From contig CM120647.1 of the NCBI GenBank assembly GCA_051362555.1, positions 3,224,001 to 3,288,000 of the forward strand: DNA of 64,000 nucleotides, in the 5' to 3' direction. Numbering within the stretch: position 1 is the first letter of the stretch; every line of letters starts with the position of its first letter. Below the pieces are notes generated by a model, which was given only the letters and a program-made list of their open reading frames with translations, ran no database searches and was not told where the DNA came from. The translations under genes were made by a program, and so were the position numbers. Below, one piece after another: positions 54,020-64,000 of the stretch. The stretch comes from Lingula anatina (taxonomy: Eukaryota; Animalia; Brachiopoda).

Positions 54020-54231
54020 CACGCGACCAAAAAAGTTCGGAAACGTAAAATTTGTTCTCAATAATAAAAAAAAATGTAATGTGTTGGGAAAATCTTCTGT
54101 GTAAATAAAGATTAACAAATTGTGGGTTCATTAACCAACAATATTTGGTTAAAATATTTACCGTAACAAAATATGGTTATTTTATAACTATTCAAAATAA
54201 CAATGTTTCCGAACTTTTTAGGGCGAAAGTG
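54020..54231. mobile_element. Tc1/mariner-like MITE (~210 bp)
   Basis: The left end is TA|CACGCGACCAAAAAAGTTCGGAAAC and the right end is GTTTCCGAACTTTTTAGGGCGAAAGTG. They share a perfect 15-bp inverted core (AAAAAGTTCGGAAAC) with CAC...GTG termini. The interior is AT-rich. The right TA target-site duplication is not preserved. Confidence 0.65.
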
Positions 54232-55156
54232 CCAGCAAGGTAACGAGTGTTGACTTGGCGTTACGTTGTCCTGCGAATAAAATAAGCATAAATATGGAAA
54301 CTTTTGATTGTCCAGAAAAGCTTAAATAGCGCACTTTTACAATTTTTTCATTTGGCAAAAGTGAGTGTTTAGAAAGATCATTTGGAAATTAAACAATTTA
54401 CTGATATATTTTCCCGACAGCGATTTTCATGATATGTTCCTTTTTCCATGCTTTATGCTATGCTAATGATAAATCAAATACATCGTGTTAATATAGAAAT
54501 AGCCACAAGTTATTGATCTTATTAGTCAGTGACGCACACATTTTGTGTAATAATTGATGAACTGCTTTATATCTCTTTAATTATTGTCAATTTCTGAAAT
54601 TTGTTCTATTTTTTTTTAGAAATGCTTGTAGATATTGATAACACCAAATCATGAACGAGTAGTTAAGTTGACCGTTTATTGGTGAAATGTAATACATTTG
54701 TTGTATATGTTATACCTTTGAGATATAACTTTATCTTATATGCATGTCTTACAGATATTCAAAGTGATTAAGTAGTGATTTAAGTGTTCTTAAACTTGGT
54801 AGTTTTACAATGAAATACTTAGATATAATTAATACATAGATGTTTAGCATTAAATAAAGACTTTCCAAATATACAAAATGTCTTAGTTATTTCTTTGACG
54901 GTTGAGTTTCTCAGCGGCAAGCTGGGGTTGGGCTTCAAACTTGTCTTACGTTTCTAAAATTTCTTCAATGTATTACGATTTTCTTTAGAATTTTACTTGG
55001 GTTACTACAATAATTTCATTGACTCAGTGGTACCCCTCGGGTTTGGGTTCGTTTCTTGGTTTGGGTACTTGTAAAACATTGAATACTTTTCAAGGGGCTT
55101 TACAGAAATTTCCCTTTGGTTACTATAAGAGGAAAGTCTTCCCGGGGAGGGTGGGT

Positions 55157-55230
55157 GGGAACAGTTAGAGGAGTAGGTAACGCGCTTGCCTCTGAGTCAA
55201 AAAGTCCCAAGTTCGAAACCTGGCGCTTCT
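55157..55230 (+). mobile_element. tRNA-derived SINE head / tRNA pseudogene
   Basis: A-box-like GAGTAGGTAACGCG, anticodon-arm-like TTGC-CTCTGAG-TCAA and B box GTTCGAAAC (55211-55219) occur at tRNA spacing. The stems are imperfect, so this is not an intact tRNA. Confidence 0.6.
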
Positions 55231-57033
55231 GGGTCCAAGCAAATTACCTTTTGCAAAAAGATATTCAAATAATCAAGGTAAACTAATACAAGAGGCTCTA
55301 TAGGTAAGACCTGTGAACTAGAGAACGAGAGCTAAAGGGAACAGAAGGTGAAAAATGAAAGGAAATTCAATATACAAATATCTGTACATTATTTTTATTA
55401 TTTATTGTTTCAACAAATTCCAAGTAATTTCAACAAAGTTTTAAACAAAACAAAATACGTGAAGTTACGTTTTTCTACGTTGATAGCAACCATTACAATA
55501 GCGTCAAATTTCTAAAAAATTCTATGAATTATGCTTTTACAAAAAATATACAAGAAGTCTACCAGATAGTAAACTAACTAACACATATGAAGGTTTTTAT
55601 GCGCTTTGGAAATTGCATAACATAACAGACATAACTCTTACTAAAACAAAATTCATATAAAAAATTGACCAGGACTGGTAGATAAATTGAAAGGCCAATC
55701 ATATCGTACTTGTCAAATTTTGTTCAAAGTTGACGTTAATAATTGATTACTAATTCCACTGAGGAGCAAAGTGTCCAATTTCAGTGGTGTGAATGATATC
55801 GAAATTCCTAAATGCATATAATCTCACATAGGCGTCTCACGTGCTCTCGCACTTACGCACACCTTGTTCTATGCCGTCATGCTGATTCTCGCAGAGAAAA
55901 AGGTAGACAAAATAGTCATTTTAAGAATCGAGTGTTTTACGTTATTTTGTTTTCATTTCATTACATCCTTAATAATGACACGAATTTGAGCGAAAACTTA
56001 AATTTGCACACATGCGAATCAGGAACGGCATAAAGACATGGTCAATTTCCAAGCTTATTCTAGTCAAGACAATTTAAGAAAAATATACAAACAAAACTGA
56101 AAAGATTACGCAGAAAGAAAAACGGCGACTTAAAATTCATTAATCCATATATGCTAACACCCTTACTCTGGTCTCCGGTGCTCAGTGATCAAGAAACACT
56201 TAGCAAAAATACCCCAACAGGACGCGCGGGACTGGCATCCAATCAGACCCTTTTTCTCTCAATCACCCCTCAATCACAACCAAAGACATATTAATTAACA
56301 ATAGATATTTTCATGCATATGAGCAAAGAAGTTTTTCCAGGAGAGCACTTACATTTCTGCTTTGCGATATTGGCAAAAAGTAGAACAACACACAAAGGAG
56401 CTCATGCAATGCTGATAAATTTGGGTGGCCCCAAGAACGGATAGTTTTTATCACGTTGGTAATATGTATTCCCCTACTACATTAACGAATTCGGAGTAAT
56501 TTCGTGAAAATCCCTATTTCTCTCCTGGTTTCATTTTCTTAACATTGTTTTAGACCCATCCCAGCACAGTACATGTGTATCTGTCACTGATCAGACAAAA
56601 TATCAAAACACCGAAACCAAAGTAAGTTCATTCTTAACATGTGTCACAAAAGTATGTCCGCAATTTAAAAAAGGATCGTTTCTTATACATGGGCAATTCT
56701 GCAATCATGTGGACAAATTTATCATTTTCCTAACGCTGAAATTTCCAAAGCATTATAACTTGAAGAACAGTGTTTGCAAGTTATTTTAAATTAACAACTT
56801 GTTCTTTTCTCAAACTTTACGGTCACTGTATGAAACCATTTGTGTCTCAAAAGTTTCATGTAATGAAGTTGAGATATTTTTCTTATCGGAATCTCAGAAT
56901 TCAATTCAATTTAATTCAAAATAAATATTTCAAATATCCTCAAATGCACAGCTAAGTGACTAACTGAAGATTTGCCCACAGACAATTTTTACCTTCAACT
57001 AGAAAAACAATAGTGCTGGCACAGTACTCTACC

Positions 57034-57035
<2 letters not shown>

Positions 57036-57069
<34 letters not shown>
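57036..57069. repeat. (AAT)n microsatellite, ~11 units
   Basis: Directly visible. Confidence 0.95.
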
Positions 57070-57072
<3 letters not shown>

Positions 57073-57407
57073 TATTTGATTACTATCATTTCTGTTTTCA
57101 TCGATCATTTCAGCAAAATAATTTTTTGCATTAAAATTACTTTGTTAAAGTACCGTATTTTTGTTTGAGAAATGATGGGTACTTACTTCCGACACAATAA
57201 TAAATATACATAATAAATAAAATACCTTGAAACGATATGAGCGAATAGAGTACTGTACTACGATTTAGAAAGAATGTATCATATATAACCAGCGACATGC
57301 AGGGTCGACGCCATCCATTTCTTTCTTTTTCTCTGATCAGAAGTTTCGTTAAAAATTCTTGCTGCGTACAACAATTAATTTGATACACATTTTATGCAGA
57401 ATCTTAC

Positions 57408-57580
57408 TATCCAAGACAAAGATTACATTTCATATCAAATGTCAACCCTGCAAATAAACTACAAGACAAACTTCAACAAGCGAGACAATCTTGGCATGGG
57501 CGCAGGCGATGTCCAACATGAATCTGATGTCTTTGATCGGCGACGCATCCAATCACCCGGTAAACAGCGGTTGGGAGCCA
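57408..57580 (-). other. Candidate exon C of a minus-strand spliced transcript
   Basis: Strong acceptor gtgattttcttcgtttatttcag|TGG and a GC-richer body. There is an in-frame TAG at 57461-57459 and a possible donor ATA|gtaaga after 57408. Confidence 0.4.
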
Positions 57581-58251
57581 CTGAAATAAACGAAGAAAAT
57601 CACATTCACGACACAGTTTGATGAAGCAGTATGTGTATATCTTTACAGCATGCTATTTTGGAACACATGAAATTATGTTAACAAACCACTATTGTGCCAT
57701 TCCTATTCTTTTCTACCCTGTGCACACTGTTTAATGACAACACTTCTTTACGTAAGATGTCATATGAAAGGACCAGGTGCCCGGATTACGGAGATATTCA
57801 CGGAAATGAAAGTCAGTGAATGAAAACATTTGGCAGATGGGTCCAATTAGTATAAAATTGACAGGATCTTAAAAAAGACATTATTTTGGCACTTTTTCAC
57901 TGACCAAGCCAGGGTTTTCAGGGGGAGGGGGCGATACATTATCTGGATTTTGTCTAGTTTCGTGCCATGTACAATTTGTGCGCTTTTGATTTGTTCTTGT
58001 TCTTGTTTTGATTTGTGGTTTTGTGAAGGAGACGGGATACCTCTTAAACTAGGGAAAGGAACCTGTAACCCCCCCCCGTCGTTTCCAGGAATGCAGTGAC
58101 ACAATAGTTCAACATCTTATTAATGAATGTGCACTTGTCTGTATCAAGTTTACTTTTATAAACCAGATATTTTTGATACTATAAAAAACAGGCCAGTGAC
58201 CTCGCCAATAAAACAGTTAGGAGAATGTAGATACCTACCCAGTCGTCTTAC

Positions 58252-58327
58252 TTGTTGAGGAATTGTTCAGACCTTTGGACAGCTGCAATAAGCCCCTCAC
58301 TTCCTCATTGACAAGTGCGTTCCTTCT
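58252..58327 (-). other. Candidate exon B (76 nt)
   Basis: Acceptor tttattatctgtaatttcag|AGA and donor CAA|gtaaga. One open frame reads RRNALVNEEVRGLLQLSKGLNNSST. Confidence 0.4.
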
Positions 58328-58572
58328 CTGAAATTACAGATAATAAATCATTCAAACTTTGAGCTGATTTTGAAATTCTGATGGAGAGTGTATTGGACAT
58401 AAGTGCAGCCATAAGGACTAAAATGTCCCTGTACGAAACGCATCATCTGGGCAAACATCGTCTACACAAAATACACAGCATTATCTTATATCACCTATAC
58501 AATACTACGGCAGCTTCCTGTCATTTTCTGTGCTAAATTTTTGGCCTACATGTGGAAATTGCAGCAACGTAC

Positions 58573-58643
58573 CAAGAACCTCTGTCTTCTCCATCTTCTA
58601 CTGACCTTGGTCCAACCTGAACACCTCTCACCGAAAGGCTCAC
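58573..58643 (-). other. Candidate exon A (71 nt)
   Basis: Acceptor tattatgtaatacag|GTG is weak, and the same AG|GTGAGC could instead be a donor. The donor is TTG|gtacgt. The body is purine-rich. Confidence 0.3.
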
Positions 58644-59096
58644 CTGTATTACATAATAATGTACAGGGCACCCTCTTTTTGAACGCAAGTTTCGATTTAA
58701 ACTTGTTTTTATTATTTGATATGGCACAAGGGGTCCTAATACTGGGATGGTGATTTTGGCTTTCTACCACCACAATGGCAAAAATAATAACATCTTATCA
58801 ACCATTAAGTTTGATATCAAATTATTTGGCTATGTTTCACCCCCCCCCCCCCCCCCAAAAAAAAAGTCATCTGTACCGATTGTGTTAGAGAAGACAAGAT
58901 GCGTTTTTTGTTTACCCGATTTGTATAGAACGTTAAAATTAGTGACAGCGTTCATTAGGACCTAGAGTGAGTACAGCTTAGTTAACTACAGCTGTCACAG
59001 CTAGGATTGACTTAACAGATGTTCTTATAAAGTACATAAAAAAACTAATACTGACTCAGACTAGGTGTAAATGTTCTCACCTTCCTTGGGAGGATA

Positions 59097-59411
59097 CAGC
59101 CCAGAGAGGGTACCATTGAGGGGGGGGGGGGGGTGATCACAATTCACGGGAAAAAATTATCATTTCACAAAACACAGTAAATAAAACTTTATTCAGATTT
59201 CACTGAAAATGCGCGTCAAAAATCACGTATCACGAATTACCGGGTATAACGACTTTCTTTCACGAATAACGGAGAATAAAAAGCTGCATGTACGAGTCAC
59301 AGGAATGGGGTTCTTCACGCTAAATAAAATGAACGTCTCACGCATCTTGGGAAGTGAATAATGGCTTTCAAGGGTAAGGAAAATACCCAATGGAAGCCTC
59401 GTATGGGGCTG
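59097..59411. mobile_element. MITE with degenerate ~25-bp TIRs and internal TCACG motifs (Tc1/mariner-like CAG...CTG ends)
   Basis: The left end is TA|CAGCCCAGAGAGGGTACCATTG. The reverse complement of the right end is CAGCCCCATACGAGGCTTCCATTG, and the right flank is TG (possibly a mutated TA). The interior carries repeated (T)TCACG words and a G14 tract. Confidence 0.6.
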
Positions 59412-60117
59412 TGAAAACTAGCATACGAACAATACTGCCAAATGTTTCAATTACCTTTGCATCGAAACTTCAGCTACAACTACCTACTCTTAGAAAATCA
59501 CTTTTACAAAGCTGAAGATATTACCCCCTCCCCCATGCACCAAATTAAACTACCAGTCCAGACGCCACAAAAACGCATGTTCTCAGTCTTTACCAGTATT
59601 TCAGAGTAAGGACATATTTTCTGAAAGGGAACTTTCAAAATTTATATGATCAAATTACATGTTTTTATGGAGCTTAGTATATATTTGGGCGCAAATGTCT
59701 CCGTATGTTTATTTTGCACACAGCAAAAGCCTTACTGAAGAATGAAGTAACATTTGAGAGCTAGCAACGCTGCCAATGTTTGTACGTTAATCCGTATCAA
59801 AATTCAAGGTCGCGGGGTAAATATAATGCTTTTTATAATAAATAACAAAGCTAAGTTTTTATTTATTTATTTATATAAAATAGTTATTGAGGATAATACA
59901 TAGTTAATTAAATTTTTGTCTTCCCCATGGACCTCAGGTAATGGTCATAGATGTTTAATTACAAGAAATAATTTTCATTGATTAAAAATGAATAAGGTGC
60001 CACCATTAGATAGGTGCTATTTTCAAAAGCAGACTCTAGTCTAATTATTCTATCGGTACGTGCATTTATCGGTAAATGGGTTTATAGGTATGGCGACATA
60101 GAAGTATAGGGTCCTGT

Positions 60118-60218
60118 TATCTGTCAAGACGTATCTGTCAAGACGTACCTATCAGGACTGGTAGAGTTAATAGAGCTGCATGGAAAAATTGAGACTTAAT
60201 AGAGCTGCATGGAAAAAT
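60118..60218. repeat. Two short local duplications
   Basis: TATCTGTCAAGACG occurs twice in tandem from 60118. TTAATAGAGCTGCATGGAAAAAT occurs at 60167 and 60196. Confidence 0.85.
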
Positions 60219-60268
60219 GTACTTTGCTTTCTACTAACTAAAGGTAACAAAAGTGTTGTGATAGACAG

Positions 60269-60527
60269 GTGCCAATCAAACTCATACAGTTTAATTCAAT
60301 TTTGACGGAAGCTGTCAAAAGTACACGACTTTGATTGACAGTTTTATAAACAAACGTCAATCACAATCATTACGTTGTTGATAACTACAGTTGTCGAACA
60401 TGCAAAGTTCCAGCTTCCTTCACCATTTGATTGACAACGTGCCAATTAAATCATTCAGTTTTGACAGATCCCATCAAGTAATAACTGCTTGATTGACGGG
60501 TTATATAAACAAACGTCAATTATGATA
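60269..60527. repeat. Diverged direct repeat, period ~160-170 bp
   Basis: GTGCCAAT..AA..TCAT.CAGTTT..TTGATTGAC..TATAAACAAACGTCAAT is present at ~60269-60361 and ~60439-60520. Confidence 0.7.
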
Positions 60528-61214
60528 GGGACAAGCAGACGCAGAGACAAAAAAAAAAAAAAAAAAAATCTGAGGTTTTGGTCGTCTTAATCCATCCCTT
60601 TAGGTCAAATTATGAAAATTCCCATTTTTAAAGCTCAGTTTTTACCCATTATTTTATCTTATTTGTTATTTTTTCCGTACCATGTTATTTGCTGTGCGTG
60701 GAAAGTTGCGTGCGTACCTTACATCGCTCGACCGTTCAGCATTGTCTCTCCTACAAAGATGCCTAGTTTTTTCAGTCTTATCACTGGTGCATACATTTCA
60801 GTTATCGGCATATATATAAGGAATGGCAGTAAATAAAATATACTTTATAAAGTTTCAAATCTTTTCAAACTTAGTAAGTACTGCTTAAATTAATTATTGA
60901 AAATTATTTTTCAAAACCTTTAACTACATGACTTTATTCTTTTTCCTGTCACAAGAGACTCAAGAATACATCTGTAACCGTCTAGTTTGTTCCTGTTATT
61001 TGAAAGCATTTCCCCTCAGGAAATATAATTTTCGAAATAGTGTCAGATTTCTTAATCAAAAATGTCTGAATCTTCTTCCATTTCTGTTCTGGCGCCTACC
61101 ACTCTCTCCTGATGGCCCATTGCCCCCCCCCCCCCATAATTACCTTTCCCCCATGCCCTGTCCCTCACTCCCCTCTAATGCCACTCATGTCCTCGTCACC
61201 GTCTTTTTCTTGAA

Positions 61215-61262
<48 letters not shown>
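61215..61262. repeat. (ATT)n microsatellite, ~15 units
   Basis: Directly visible; it explains the poly-Ile in ORF 60928..61287. Confidence 0.95.
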
Positions 61263-62115
61263 CATTAGTATTAAATTTCAAAGGTGAGCATATAATGCCT
61301 AGGCGAATTGCCACCTTTATTTATACTGTATCAATATTTAACCCTCTTGAGAATAAAGATGTTTAAAAAAAAAAAAAAAAAGGAAATATAATTAAAAGAA
61401 GTTTCACTATGCACACATACCGGAATTCTTCAAGTAATGTTGACTTGAAGATGGCACCTAGCTCCACCGCCCCATATTTTCCTCCCTATTGTTTCTTTGT
61501 ACACTGAACGGGGGTGGGGGGGGGGGGGGGGGTAGCGGCGTCTGATCTACCAGTGAATTCAGGATCATTCGGTGCCCAGTCTGGTAGTTGGGTAAGCCTA
61601 GTATAGTATATGTTAGATTCACGACATTAACTCTTAAACTAAAATAGCTTTCCAACACTATCCATGATTTATTACTTGGATACCATCTTTATTCCCCCAG
61701 CCCCGTACGCGTCTCACGTTGTCTTCACTAACACAATTGGGTGATTTTTGTGGAGTTCGTCACAATCATGGTTGAGACAGCGTCATAAACAAGACACCGC
61801 AGCCATTTTTCTTATGAACAAAGGTTGTATTAAAATATTCTACACAGTGGCAGATAGATTAGCTAAAAAAGGGGAATGAAAAAGAGTTAAAGGAGTAAAG
61901 TAGATTTAGCAAAGACATTAAAAAATATCACTTCGTTTAAAAGCAGGAGCTGCCAGGCCTTATCAACGGATTCTAGGCGTTAACTAACTCTACCCGCAGA
62001 TCTTTTAGCTCTAACACCCATCTATACCACATAATCCGCGAATTAACCAGCACACCGTAAATGTATTTACCACTGCGCTCTTCCATTTGGTTTCAAATTC
62101 AACAAAACCAGCCTT

Positions 62116-62119
<4 letters not shown>

Positions 62120-62150
<31 letters not shown>
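62120..62150. repeat. (GT)15 microsatellite
   Basis: Directly visible. Confidence 0.95.
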
Positions 62151-62155
<5 letters not shown>

Positions 62156-63285
62156 ATGCTGTAAAACACTTTTTTATCGGAGTCGTAAGCTCTCCTGACA
62201 CATCTAATGACACTTTGCCCGGGCTAAGCACCGACCAATCTGCGTCCTAGGTACAGTTACAGTTTGCTTGAGTCCATCATATCACTAAATTTTTTATCTA
62301 CCCTTCAGTACAAGTGATGGCCTTTAATTTTAAGTTTAAATAGCATGTCATCACTGCCCATGACTTATCTAGTCAGTGAAATTTAATTTTCCTATACAAA
62401 TATTTCATACATCTCTACATATATCTCAGAGAAATATTTTCAGTCCTTAATTTTGCTCTTCATTTATTGCAGTGGAATGAGCATCCGCCTGTGTTTGTAT
62501 GCAGTAGTAAAGATTTTTACGGCAAGGGGCATTGAACGGGCAGAGAGCGACGAACGTGTTCTAGCTTGACGCCGGCGTTGCATATGGCCCACTTGATTTC
62601 TGTATTTTGACCATGTCGTGTCGTAGACACATCTCATTAAAAATATTAATATGGCATTGGCGTCAGATGTAAGGTTTTAGTAAAACGTTATGTATCGTTG
62701 GTCGGACATATTTTGTGCGCACTATTCCTGAAGTCTGTGGGCGCCTTTGTTATATGTGGCGAAGAACTCATCATCGATTCACGTAGACACATTATGAAAA
62801 AATTAAATCAATTAAAAAGATAAATATATACCCAAATGAACAGAGTGAAATAAACTGCAGATGTTCTGTCAATCTTTTCTATTTATTAAGCACGTATTAA
62901 ATAGGGCCTAGGAATCTTTAACATATGATTTGAATTTTAAAGTTTGTCCATATCAACCTTTTTTCGACAAACTATTACCAGATACACAATATTTCAAAGA
63001 GTTAATATGTATGACTTCTCCCTCAGTATTCCCCCTTCGTTACATTGTTTCCTGTATCTTTACTGTTATAATGATATACTCGGTCTTGATGTTACGTGTA
63101 AACATTGTTGAGTATCTGTGCTACTTTTAATACTACTAGTGCATGTTTACGCATCAAAAATACGTAGAAAAATAATTATATAAAGTAGATAAAAAACTAT
63201 TAATGTACGTAATTATAATATTAAAATGATCTTGATTCTTTCTCGTGTGTAATTTAAATGGGTTAAGTTTTAAATACGAATAAAA

Positions 63286-63392
63286 CGGAAGTGAGCAAGC
63301 GCATTGTAGCCTGTGGTATCTATACTACCGTGAATTACTTTGTAGAACGAAAAGAGGCAAGAATCAAGATAGGGCGGATAAAGATGGTATGG
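63286..63392 (+). promoter_or_regulatory. Possible promoter-like segment (ETS motif, GC box, ATG|gt donor)
   Basis: CGGAAGTG at 63286-63293, GGGCGG at 63372-63377 and AAGATG|gtatgg at 63381-63392, at a shift from AT-rich to CpG-containing sequence. Confidence 0.2.
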
Positions 63393-63637
63393 GGACATAT
63401 TTTTGAAAAGCGACTGTGCGTGTCGCTCTTATAGGAACGTTGTCTTTGCCACAGGGTCTCTGACACAACCAGGCGTCTTTGGTCCTCTTACCTGCTGGAA
63501 TATTGTTTGTTGTTCAGAGAAGGCGAAGTCCAAGCGAAATTTACTCAGGACGCCATGACGGGAGGGAAAGAACTCGAAAGGTGGTCACGATCCTCATGGA
63601 AGAAGCATGGCATTCAACGCGTCCTGATCTAAGATGG

Positions 63638-64000
63638 ACAGCTTGTACCGCAATGAGCACGGCTTGTATCTGTGTACAGCTTGTACCGCAATGAGCACGG
63701 CTTGTATCTGTGTACAGCTTGTACCGCAGTGAGCACGGCTTGTATCTGTGTACAGCTTGTACCGCAGTGAGCACGGCTTGTATCTGTGTACAGCTTGTAC
63801 CGCAGTGAGCACGGCTTGTATCTGTGTACAGCTTGTACCGCAGTGAGCACGGCTTGTATCTGTGTACAGCTTGTACCGCAGTGAGCACGGCTTGTATCTG
63901 TGTACAGCTTGTACCGCAGTGAGCACGGCTTGTATCTGTGTACAGCTTGTACCGCAGTGAGCACGGCTTGTATCTGTGTACAGCTTGTACCGCAGTGAGC
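63638..64000. repeat. 38-bp minisatellite, at least 9.5 copies, continuing beyond the window
   Basis: The unit is ACAGCTTGTACCGCAGTGAGCACGGCTTGTATCTGTGT. Copies are identical except for a G>A change in the first two. Confidence 0.98.

Noticed and set aside
55157-55230. Functional tRNA gene (CTG anticodon-like loop)
   Set aside because: The acceptor and anticodon stems do not pair properly, so it was treated as a SINE head or pseudogene.
60167-60218. 23-bp direct repeat as a mini-CRISPR
   Set aside because: There are only two copies with a 6-bp spacer; this is a simple local duplication.
53728-63130. Remaining short ORFs (60-119 aa) in the unique region
   Set aside because: Their lengths are as expected by chance, several use non-ATG starts or run through microsatellites or homopolymers, and I recognised no homology.
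63541-63964. Three overlapping 110-115-aa minus-strand ORFs
   Set aside because: They are the three frames of the 38-bp minisatellite, offset by exactly 38 bp.

Overview
AT-rich eukaryotic (metazoan-looking, probably invertebrate) genomic DNA with no confidently identifiable protein-coding gene. Bases 1-~50,150 are one head-to-tail composite macrosatellite that starts before the window. It consists of runs of a ~194-bp satellite monomer (two alternating subfamilies, rich in dyad symmetry) punctuated by 30 near-identical copies of a ~380-bp non-satellite cassette, plus one old, truncated copy at the edge. Unit lengths are quantised at ~1138/1333/1528/1720/2110 bp. Cassette haplotypes recur in higher-order blocks (offsets 6.3, 7.6, 12.6 and 13.9 kb). 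The cassette is bracketed by a canonical-looking splice acceptor and donor and may be a decayed fragment of a P2X7-ballast/KolX-like ORF (speculative). The array decays over 47.7-50.1 kb, is interrupted by a probable non-autonomous transposon with ~142-bp internal repeats (50.3-51.7 kb), and resumes as very old monomers up to ~52.5 kb. The last 11.5 kb is ordinary non-coding DNA: two MITEs, a tRNA-derived SINE head, microsatellites, candidate minus-strand exons at 57.4-58.6 kb and a 38-bp minisatellite running off the right end. The ORF-track entries are essentially repeat by-products.
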